From assembly GCA_045660845.1 (NCBI GenBank), contig JAZREO010000149.1, positions 7,416-71,415 on the forward strand: DNA of 64,000 bases, read 5' to 3'. This stretch comes from Eubacteriales bacterium. GTDB lineage: Bacteria; Bacillota; Clostridia; Oscillospirales; QAKW01. Under the pieces are notes generated by a model, which was not told the origin of the DNA, searched no databases, and worked only from the letters and a program-made list of their open reading frames with translations. Position 1 is the first letter of the stretch; every line of letters begins with the position of its first letter. Below, piece by piece: positions 27,261 to 35,144 of this stretch. The position numbers and the translations under genes are program-made.

Positions 27261-29282
27261 TTATTTGCAAAAGATACAAATTGCACAAACGGGAATGAGC
27301 CAAATAGCCTGAAAAGCCAAGATTTGGAGCGCAGTATTAGCAGAATAACCAGCCAGGGCAATGAAAAAGATCAGCGCCAGCGCCAGAATTGAATATAGGA
27401 TCCGTATAATACTGTTGATCTTAAGCGCTGTCAACAGTTTGCTGGCACCGTAAAGGCACGCCATCAATCCACGCGGACCGGTAATAGACCCTATCAGATC
27501 CGGTGAATTTTCCCGCCGTTCCAGCAAAGAGCGGCAGGCTGCGCCGGTTCGCGGAGAGATAAAATGAAAAAGTTCCGGTTGCTCCATTGGATACATTCTC
27601 TGCAAAAGATTCTTATCAAACAAAAAATCGTTTGATACAATTCCCACGCTGACCCGCTCGTCTTCCGCCAGGTGAACCGCCGCTTCCGTATGCTTATTGC
27701 GTTCATAGCTTGCAATAAAAATCCCTGCCGGTAACTTTTGATACGCCACATAGACTGGGAATCGGCAATCCTTTAATTGCATCTCCATCAACGGTTTCTG
27801 GAAGTTAATGTTAAATTGCTCCATCAACTTCCGGTTTCCCACTAAAAACATTTTACTATGGATCAGGCAGGAATATCCCATTCCCTCATGATAATAAATA
27901 TCATCGACACGGGGCAAAGTAACACTATTCAAATCGATCATTTTCAAAAAGAGTGGCTTTAGCGGGGTGCCGACACAATTAAAGAGCGCGGCGATATTAG
28001 TAATCAGATCATCGATCTGCGTATCCCCCATTGCCTTGACCCCTTGAAGAAGAACAGCATCTTTACCGAGGAAATCTTCTTCTTTAATAACGAGAAGGTC
28101 TGCATCCTCCAATTCCTTAGCAGACTGCGCCGAGGTCAAAATGCCGCCGTTTCTACGCATTTTTTTGCCGTTTTTCGCAATAGAAGATGCATAATAATAA
28201 CGCGAAAAAAGAGGAACAGAGAGAGCAAGGGATGCCGCAGGAAAAAGCAATGCCTCTCCCCAACCTGCCAACTGAGAAACCGCAATGGTTCCAGCGACAA
28301 TAACAAGCAGTAGTATAAACCAAAGATGTTGAAATTTGCGATCCCAATCAAAATCGCTGTAGCTATGTTCAATATATTTCGTCACCAGTCCGGTAGGATG
28401 GGCATACATGATCTCGCCGCCCTCACCAGTTTCCAGGATCAGATCATTATTAGATTCGCAGGATGAGGGCACCGAAACTGTAAGCTTATCGCCAGAGGAA
28501 GCAATAAACTTAAAATTCTTTTTAATATTGGCTGCGATCTTCTTTTTTGCTACCACATTGAAATAAAGCCCCAGCGCCAACATCGGTTCAAAATTCAAGT
28601 TATACTGAAAAAGGTTCGGATTGATCAACCCGGCGACTCGAACAACCACAAGAGCGATCGCAAGCAGCGCAAGAAGAGCATCGGTATCGGCACGCGCACG
28701 CAAAAGCCGTATAAGTCCTTGGGCAAAAATGCCGAAGGAGACAATAATACAGAGGATGTCCACAGCCAGAAAGGCAATATCAAACCAGACAGAGTCTGCG
28801 TCCCCACCGAACAGAACCGGATGAAATCCGGCAATAAAAAGATAGAGGGAAACCATACTCAGCAAAAACAGAAAAACCATTTTTACCGCCATTTTACCGA
28901 CGATGTTTTTCAGATCACGGTAAATCTCATCCCGGTCCTCTTCCGCCTCAAAATCCTCAATATCCTCCGGATCATCGTCATAGATAGCAGAGCGGGCCGG
29001 CGGCTCATCCTGCTCATCGTTCTCGTCCTCTTCCCCGTCAATCAAACGGCGAATGACCGATTTTTCCTTAGGATTAGATATATTCTGTTTTTCGCCTTTG
29101 ATCTGATCAAAAACACTTTCATCAATGGTGAAATCGCTGCTTTCTTCAGATTCTTCCGTACCATTTCGCTTTTCGATCAACTTCTTGGAGGATTCCACCA
29201 CCTGCGTTTCATGCTGGATGGCATTAATCTTTTCCATGATCTCGTCCAAAGCTGACTTTTGATCTTTTGGTTCAAAATTCAT
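27261..29282 (-). CDS. degenerate P1B-type ATPase homologue (predicted non-catalytic membrane protein)
   Basis: 673 aa with an acidic disordered N-terminus and then TM helices. It is collinear by eye with heavy-metal P-type ATPases (GGILTSAQSAKELEDADLLV..., HEGMGYSCLIHSKMFLVGNRKLM). CPC is replaced by ASL, DKTGT by KEEDF and TGDN by SNDF. Confidence 0.65.
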   Translation of the reverse strand: MNFEPKDQKSALDEIMEKINAIQHETQVVESSKKLIEKRNGTEESEESSDFTIDESVFDQIKGEKQNISNPKEKSVIRRLIDGEEDENDEQDEPPARSAIYDDDPEDIEDFEAEEDRDEIYRDLKNIVGKMAVKMVFLFLLSMVSLYLFIAGFHPVLFGGDADSVWFDIAFLAVDILCIIVSFGIFAQGLIRLLRARADTDALLALLAIALVVVRVAGLINPNLFQYNLNFEPMLALGLYFNVVAKKKIAANIKKNFKFIASSGDKLTVSVPSSCESNNDLILETGEGGEIMYAHPTGLVTKYIEHSYSDFDWDRKFQHLWFILLLVIVAGTIAVSQLAGWGEALLFPAASLALSVPLFSRYYYASSIAKNGKKMRRNGGILTSAQSAKELEDADLLVIKEEDFLGKDAVLLQGVKAMGDTQIDDLITNIAALFNCVGTPLKPLFLKMIDLNSVTLPRVDDIYYHEGMGYSCLIHSKMFLVGNRKLMEQFNINFQKPLMEMQLKDCRFPVYVAYQKLPAGIFIASYERNKHTEAAVHLAEDERVSVGIVSNDFLFDKNLLQRMYPMEQPELFHFISPRTGAACRSLLERRENSPDLIGSITGPRGLMACLYGASKLLTALKINSIIRILYSILALALIFFIALAGYSANTALQILAFQAIWLIPVCAICIFCK

Positions 29283-29294
29283 TAACCTTGCTCC

Positions 29295-30044
29295 TTAGCG
29301 ATGTTTTGAAATTTCCTGCATAATAACAGAAGCGGCAACCGATGCATTCAGGCAAGAAATTTTCCCCTTCATCGGAATTCTTACAAAAAAGTCACACTGC
29401 TCTCGCAGCAATCTTGAAATCCCGGACTCCTCGCTGCCCACGATCAAGGCAACGCCACCGGAATAATCCTGCTCATAATACACATTCTCGCCAGCCATAT
29501 CACAGCCATATAACCAGATATTTTTCTCTTTTAATTCCGCTACAGTCTGGACCAGATTGGCGACCCTGGCGACAGGAATATAGTGGATCGCACCGCCGCT
29601 GGCTTTAGCAACAGACGGAGTCAAACCTACCGCACGGCGCTTAGAAATAATAACGCCGTGTGCACCAAAGGCGTCCGCCGAACGCAGGATCGCCCCCAGA
29701 TTATGAGGATCTACGATCTCATCCGCAATGATAATGAACGGAGCTTCATTTCGTTCCTCCGCCACCTTCAGGATATCGGCAACTGATGCGTATTCCTTTT
29801 GCGCGCAAAAGGCAATCACGCCCTGGTGATTGACCTTCGGCGCCTTACGGTTGATGGCATTGGTATCGGTATGAATGATGGGCACTCCCTTCGTCTTGCA
29901 AAGGGCGATGATCTTTTTATAGTTGTTACTTTTAGGATCACCAGCAAGATAGACCCGTTCTACCGCCGCATCAGAAAGCAGTAATTCTGTCACATTGTTT
30001 TTTCCAAATACAAGATCAGCCGGTTTTTTATCTTCAAATTCCAT
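29295..30044 (-). CDS. rlmB: 23S rRNA (guanosine-2'-O)-methyltransferase, SpoU/TrmH family (RlmB-like)
   Basis: SpoU substrate-binding N-terminal domain plus SpoU methylase motifs (DPHNLGAILRSADAFG, LIVGSEESGIS, IPMKGKISCLNASVAASVIM). ATG 30044 follows GAGGAG. Confidence 0.85.
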   Translation of the reverse strand: MEFEDKKPADLVFGKNNVTELLLSDAAVERVYLAGDPKSNNYKKIIALCKTKGVPIIHTDTNAINRKAPKVNHQGVIAFCAQKEYASVADILKVAEERNEAPFIIIADEIVDPHNLGAILRSADAFGAHGVIISKRRAVGLTPSVAKASGGAIHYIPVARVANLVQTVAELKEKNIWLYGCDMAGENVYYEQDYSGGVALIVGSEESGISRLLREQCDFFVRIPMKGKISCLNASVAASVIMQEISKHR

Positions 30045-30139
30045 TTTAATTCTCCTCAAAGAATATTCCATCTTACATTATACAACAGAATAAAAGAAAA
30101 TACCATCGAAAGAATAAAATTTCGATGATATTTTTCTTT

Positions 30140-32350
30140 TTAATAGAACAAGTCCAGGATCATGGCGCCCAGCGGAGGAAACAGCGCCAAAAGGACTGCC
30201 GGCAACCAGTTACCGCCGGTAATGATGCAAGGAATGATCAAGACCGGAAGCACAACGATGAGCCAAGCCATATCTTGCTTCCTAATGTTAAGTTTTTTCA
30301 TGCCAGAAAGTAAAAAGTAAACAGAAAGCAACCATGTGGACAGCCCCAGCGTAAACAACGCCAAATCACACGAGATCAGTGCTGCAACTATACCGGCAGA
30401 ACCACAGAACATCCCCAAGATCAAGCTGCGCCGGAACTGATTGCAATTTCTTACTGTTTCGATCAGATAGTAGCAGGGGCAAAGCAAAACCGGCTTCAAA
30501 AGTAAAGCGGGAAAAATCAATTGATCCATCGGGACACCGCTTAAAAAGAGTGCCAAAATAGTGAATACCAGGAAAACACTTGTAATTGCAAGAAAATTCA
30601 GGCACCTGCGTATCCCGCAAAACATACATTTTACCTGATAGATCACTCTTTGGGGAACAACACCGCCGCCTAAAACAACCATTGCGCGCTCCTTTTCCAC
30701 CGGAGATGCATCATCGTATACCGCGGGCGAATAATCCTTCAGACGCGGAAGTGAATAACTGGGTGCGTCCGGCGGTGAAGAAAGAACTCCGTCCATATCA
30801 TAAGAATCGGCGATTGCTTTACCAAAAGACTCCGCATAATCATTGATCAAAAACACCTTCATAGTAGAACGCTGAAGTTGATGGATCATCGACAATGTTT
30901 CCTGGTGGACCGGCGCATGAAACACCACCAGCGAGGCAGTTTCCATATGCCCGGAAAAATAGGTAAAATCCAATTTACTCGGTATAAAATCCATGGAATC
31001 GCTCGCCATTATATAGACCATCTTTCCATGTATTTCCAGCTCATGGATCTGCTCCAGCAAAGACTCATCGATCTGCCCGATCATTGGCAGCATTTTCTGC
31101 CAATATCCAACAGCCACAACCACCGATCTGCCATTATCGGAAAAAAGGGCAAACAAATTACCACTGTCATCCTTTTCTCTGCGAAACACAGGAAAACTGT
31201 TATCTAACTGTTCATAGGTCAGCCCATAGCGGTCAAGAGCATTTTGAACGGCATTGGAATAATATCCGGGTCCCATGCAAAGGGAAAAATATGACAAACT
31301 GCTTTTTTCGGAACCGACGAGATCCAACGTATGCGAATACACCAATTGCTCGTCCAGCAGGTCACCGGCATTGAAATACAATTTCTTTTCTTTATTCATC
31401 CCGTCAAAGGCTTCGATATTACGAACCAAAACACCCTGACGATACAACTTAGCCGCTGTCCGGTAATAGGTCCATTCCATCAAGCAAGAAACCGGATTTA
31501 GCATGATCAAAGAGGTCATTGCCGCCATCATTAAAAACGCTTCGACATAATGATTGGTAAAAATCACAGCGATCAGCAAGCAAAATGCCACCAGGACCAC
31601 ATAGATATAAGAAGCGATCTGACCAATATTTTTTTGCTTATTATAAAAGAAAGAACGCTGCTTACGTTCCTTGCGTCCACCAGTCTTGTCAACATAGCAG
31701 TCACGATCCAATGCCATCACGATCGCCTTGCCGGAGCCTGCCGAAACAGAACTACCCTTCCAAAGCATATTCTTTTGCTTTTCAGCAGAAATATTTTGCT
31801 CCGCAATAGGTTCCTCTGTCTTTTCGCTTGGAATTGTAGAACCAAAGACCCGAGTTTCGTCTGCGAATAATCCTTCACTTTCCACAATCCGGGCGTCACA
31901 ATACAGCACAGTCCCGATATTCAGACAGATCAAATCGCCGATATGCAGGTTTTCCGGGGCAATTTCGATCTGCTGACCGCCGCGAATGACCTGCACCTTT
32001 TGACGGCACCGGACACTCCGGTTATAGTATGCCGTTTTATAACGATAAAGCACGATCCCTTCAGCAAAATAAAGGATCAGCGTGATTACGATTGCCGCAA
32101 TCGTTAAACGCAAAAGATACCAATCCTGGTTCAGACAAGAAAAAATAACAGCAACCGCATAGCTGATTACAGTAATAATATTCACATAATATAGCTTGGA
32201 GTTCAAAAGTTTAAAAAGACCGCTAAAAAAACGAAGAACATTTCGAAGAAAACTGCTTTTTCCCACAGCCGAATGCATCTCGCCTCCGTTTTGAAGATCA
32301 CACTTCAACAGCGCTGCGACCTCATCTGCTTTCATTTGATAAATACGCAT
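30140..32350 (-). CDS. degenerate P2-type (cation) ATPase homologue (predicted non-catalytic membrane protein)
   Basis: 736 aa from ATG 32350. It has a cation-ATPase-N-like start and an actuator-domain region (VQVIRGGQQIEIAPENLHIGDLICLNIGTVLYCDARIV). TGES is replaced by FGST, PEGLP by NPVSC, DKTGT by YFNAGD and TGD by NDY. Confidence 0.65.
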   Translation of the reverse strand: MRIYQMKADEVAALLKCDLQNGGEMHSAVGKSSFLRNVLRFFSGLFKLLNSKLYYVNIITVISYAVAVIFSCLNQDWYLLRLTIAAIVITLILYFAEGIVLYRYKTAYYNRSVRCRQKVQVIRGGQQIEIAPENLHIGDLICLNIGTVLYCDARIVESEGLFADETRVFGSTIPSEKTEEPIAEQNISAEKQKNMLWKGSSVSAGSGKAIVMALDRDCYVDKTGGRKERKQRSFFYNKQKNIGQIASYIYVVLVAFCLLIAVIFTNHYVEAFLMMAAMTSLIMLNPVSCLMEWTYYRTAAKLYRQGVLVRNIEAFDGMNKEKKLYFNAGDLLDEQLVYSHTLDLVGSEKSSLSYFSLCMGPGYYSNAVQNALDRYGLTYEQLDNSFPVFRREKDDSGNLFALFSDNGRSVVVAVGYWQKMLPMIGQIDESLLEQIHELEIHGKMVYIMASDSMDFIPSKLDFTYFSGHMETASLVVFHAPVHQETLSMIHQLQRSTMKVFLINDYAESFGKAIADSYDMDGVLSSPPDAPSYSLPRLKDYSPAVYDDASPVEKERAMVVLGGGVVPQRVIYQVKCMFCGIRRCLNFLAITSVFLVFTILALFLSGVPMDQLIFPALLLKPVLLCPCYYLIETVRNCNQFRRSLILGMFCGSAGIVAALISCDLALFTLGLSTWLLSVYFLLSGMKKLNIRKQDMAWLIVVLPVLIIPCIITGGNWLPAVLLALFPPLGAMILDLFY

Positions 32351-32508
32351 AACATTTCCTCGCAAAATAATCGAGTATATTTTGACAAATGCCAATTCTC
32401 AGCATTATAACAAGAATACACAGATATTATACAATATTCCGGGTCAAATGTAAATATAAAACACCATATTTGGCATACTATTATTACTTCAGAGAAAGGG
32501 ATGATAAA

Positions 32509-32673
32509 ATGAAACAGACAAAAACGATGGTATTTTCCATGGTCGCCGGCGCTGCTCTGGGTGCAACTGCCAGCATGCTTGCATTGAAGGCCAAGCCCAA
32601 GAAATGTATGACCAAAACAGCCGGCAATGCAATCAAAGCAGTCGGCAACTTTGTGGAACACATGAACTTCTAA
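32509..32673 (+). CDS. small hypothetical protein (54 aa)
   Basis: MKQTKTMVFSMVAGAALGATASMLALKAKPKK... has one hydrophobic helix and is followed directly by a terminator. The RBS is weak (GAAAGGGA). Confidence 0.45.
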   Translation: MKQTKTMVFSMVAGAALGATASMLALKAKPKKCMTKTAGNAIKAVGNFVEHMNF

Positions 32674-32674
32674 A

Positions 32675-32710
32675 GAAAAAAGAGGCAACATAATCGTTGC
32701 CTCTTTTTAA
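32675..32710. terminator. bidirectional terminator closing the 8-gene ABC-type operon
   Basis: agaggcaac/ataatc/gttgcctct flanked by AAAAAA and TTTTT. Confidence 0.8.
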
Positions 32711-32717
32711 ATAAGTC

Positions 32718-33722
32718 TTAACCGACGATACCGCTTCGAGCAATAGATTCAGTAAATTTCTTCTGCAAGATGATAAACGTTATCAACAGCGGAGAAATAT
32801 ACAAAATGATACCTGCCCGCAAAATCGGATAAAGCGAGAGTGCGTCATCGCCGCTATAAGCACCGCCGTAACCGGTCATGTTGCTATGCATGTTACCCAG
32901 CGCATTGGGCAGGGTCTCCATGTTAGGCAAGAACATCGGTACGGTGTAATAATCGTTCCAATACCATACGATACAGAACAAGAATACTGTAACAAACGCA
33001 GGACCGGTATTAGGAACAAGGATCCGCAAGAAGGTCTTGATAGCACCGCATCCATCGATGTAGGCAGCCTCTTCCAGCTCCTTGGGGAACCCACTGAAGA
33101 ACTGGCGGTAGACAAAGACAAAAAGTCCGCTCTTCAGACCGGCTGCAAACAATGCCGGCAGGATGAAGCTCCAAAGAGAGTCCGTCAATTCCAAAAAAGG
33201 CTCGTTGATCCAACCCATTGCGTTCATTGCGGTTGCAATGTAGAGAGGGTCAAACATCCGGAAGCTGGTGTACAGCGGGATCATGATGGTGGAAGGCGGT
33301 ACAATAATGGTGATCAATACCAGGAAGAACAAAATGTTCTTACCGCGGAATTTAAATCTTGCAAAACCGTAACCAGTTAAAGCGCAGGAGCATACCTGCA
33401 GAAGCGTAGGCCAGAGAGAAATATTAAAGGTATTCTTCAGGGCCTCAGGGAAATTCAGAACCTCCCAGGCAGCCTTGAAGTTCTCCATGGTAAAATGCTT
33501 CGGGATGTAGATAATGGTTGTATCATACATATCCACCGGGTCACGAATCGCCTGAGAAATACTGAAGATCAGAGGGTATAAAATAATGTAGGAAAGACCG
33601 ATCAAAATCATGAAAACAGTAAGATTACCAATGAATTTGCTAGCCATAAAGCCCCACATTCTCTTATCAGCCTTTTTACTGTTTTCGCCAAACTGATGTT
33701 TAAATGCTTTGATGATTTGCAT
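32718..33722 (-). CDS. carbohydrate ABC transporter permease (MalG/CUT1 type), pair 2
   Basis: 334 aa with 6 TM helices and an EAA loop (EEAAYIDGCGAIKTFLRILVP). Confidence 0.85.
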   Translation of the reverse strand: MQIIKAFKHQFGENSKKADKRMWGFMASKFIGNLTVFMILIGLSYIILYPLIFSISQAIRDPVDMYDTTIIYIPKHFTMENFKAAWEVLNFPEALKNTFNISLWPTLLQVCSCALTGYGFARFKFRGKNILFFLVLITIIVPPSTIMIPLYTSFRMFDPLYIATAMNAMGWINEPFLELTDSLWSFILPALFAAGLKSGLFVFVYRQFFSGFPKELEEAAYIDGCGAIKTFLRILVPNTGPAFVTVFLFCIVWYWNDYYTVPMFLPNMETLPNALGNMHSNMTGYGGAYSGDDALSLYPILRAGIILYISPLLITFIILQKKFTESIARSGIVG

Positions 33723-33740
33723 ATTTTTTTACCCCCTTTC

Positions 33741-35144
33741 TTAATCTGAGCCTTTTCCGATCAGCTTAAACAAACCGAAAACAACACCGATAATAACCAA
33801 AATGACCAAGAAGAATGTCCAAGACGATGCGGCCGCTGCGCCAAAGTTAAAGGTACTGTTGATGTACTTATCAATCTCGATCAGCACCGCATTATCCGTA
33901 TCGCTGAAGGTATCAACGATGGTATAAACGATATTAACCAAGATGATGGGAGCCACATTCGGAAAGGTAATCAACCAGAAGGTTTCCCACGCAGTTGCAC
34001 CCTCAACATCACTGGCTTCATAGAGCGAGGGAGAAATACCCTGCAATGCAGCCAGGAACAGCAGGATCTGGATACCGGAATCCCAAACAACGTCGAAAAT
34101 CCGATCCGCAACCATAGACATATAGGTAGTCAAGGTCTCATTCAAACCAAGTTCTGTCAAGAAGTCTGCTGCATTAGCTACTTCAAACAGTACGCCGTTA
34201 CCGACATTACCTTCCATAACTTCGGTGGCATCGTTGGTGGAATTAAATGTTGTCATAACAACACCGGTGGTGACGATAACCGGCAGGAAGAAGATCGCAC
34301 GAACCAGACCACGCCCCGCAAACTTACGATTCAACAGCACTGCAACAAACAAGCTGAAGATCAGAATGATAGGTACATTGACTGCCAGATCGAGCAAGGT
34401 ATCCAGCAACGCCTGCAGATAGGTGGCGCCACCGGTCAAGATATCCTTAAAGTTTCCAAGACCATACCATGTGCATTTATAGTTTTCGAAAACGGAAACC
34501 TTTGAAAATGCATATTGCAGAGACTGAAAGCAAGGGGTTGCAAAGAACAGCAAGAAACCAATGAACCAGGGTAATACAAACATAAATCCGGTAAACGCCT
34601 GCTTGGATTCATAAGAAATACCACGCTTATTCTTTTTGGCTTTTTTCTTTTCCGTATTCTGAACAACAGCTTTCTTTACATCGCTCTTTTTCGTTTCTTC
34701 ATTCGCCTCGATCTCAGCCAGACGCTGCTCTCTTTCCTTTTTAGCAGCACGGTTTTTCTTCACCGCTTCAAGCTGCTCGGGAGTCAACTGAGAAAGCTGA
34801 TCCACAATCCGCGCCTTCTGATCGTCGGAGAGCTGCTTTTTCTGGATTTCCTCCAGCCGCTTCTGCTCCGCCTCTTCCTCGGCGGTCTGCTGAGCCGCCT
34901 GCTCCGCCTCGATCTTAGCAGCCTTGGCGGCACGCAGAGCAGCGATTTGCTCCGGAGTCATCTGAGCCAGACGCTCCTTGGCAATTTCCTGAGCGCGCTT
35001 TGGGTTTTGCTTTGCAATCGTCGCGGCGATCTGCTTATTATCGCGCTCTTCTACTTTTTCGGGTTCGACAGTTTCGGGGACATCGTTTGCCTCAACCTGA
35101 GCCTCTAAAACTTCATTTTTCAATTCTTCATTTTGTTTGCTCAT
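33741..35144 (-). CDS. carbohydrate ABC transporter permease (MalF/CUT1 type) with ~175-aa charged N-terminal extension, pair 2
   Basis: 467 aa. The C-terminal ~290 aa form a typical permease (EAA loop YEASDVEGATAWETFWLITFP). The N-terminal part is K/E/A/Q-rich with a repeated xTPEQ(I/L)xA(L/V)-x3-AAK motif. Confidence 0.8.
   Translation of the reverse strand: MSKQNEELKNEVLEAQVEANDVPETVEPEKVEERDNKQIAATIAKQNPKRAQEIAKERLAQMTPEQIAALRAAKAAKIEAEQAAQQTAEEEAEQKRLEEIQKKQLSDDQKARIVDQLSQLTPEQLEAVKKNRAAKKEREQRLAEIEANEETKKSDVKKAVVQNTEKKKAKKNKRGISYESKQAFTGFMFVLPWFIGFLLFFATPCFQSLQYAFSKVSVFENYKCTWYGLGNFKDILTGGATYLQALLDTLLDLAVNVPIILIFSLFVAVLLNRKFAGRGLVRAIFFLPVIVTTGVVMTTFNSTNDATEVMEGNVGNGVLFEVANAADFLTELGLNETLTTYMSMVADRIFDVVWDSGIQILLFLAALQGISPSLYEASDVEGATAWETFWLITFPNVAPIILVNIVYTIVDTFSDTDNAVLIEIDKYINSTFNFGAAAASSWTFFLVILVIIGVVFGLFKLIGKGSD

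Noticed and set aside
31660-31700. VDKTGG in the 736-aa protein, which looks like the P-type ATPase phosphorylation motif DKTGT.
   Set aside because: It lies in the actuator-domain/linker region before TM3-TM4. It is not at the position following TM4, where the phosphorylation site aligns and where the sequence reads YFNAGD. I judge it a chance match.
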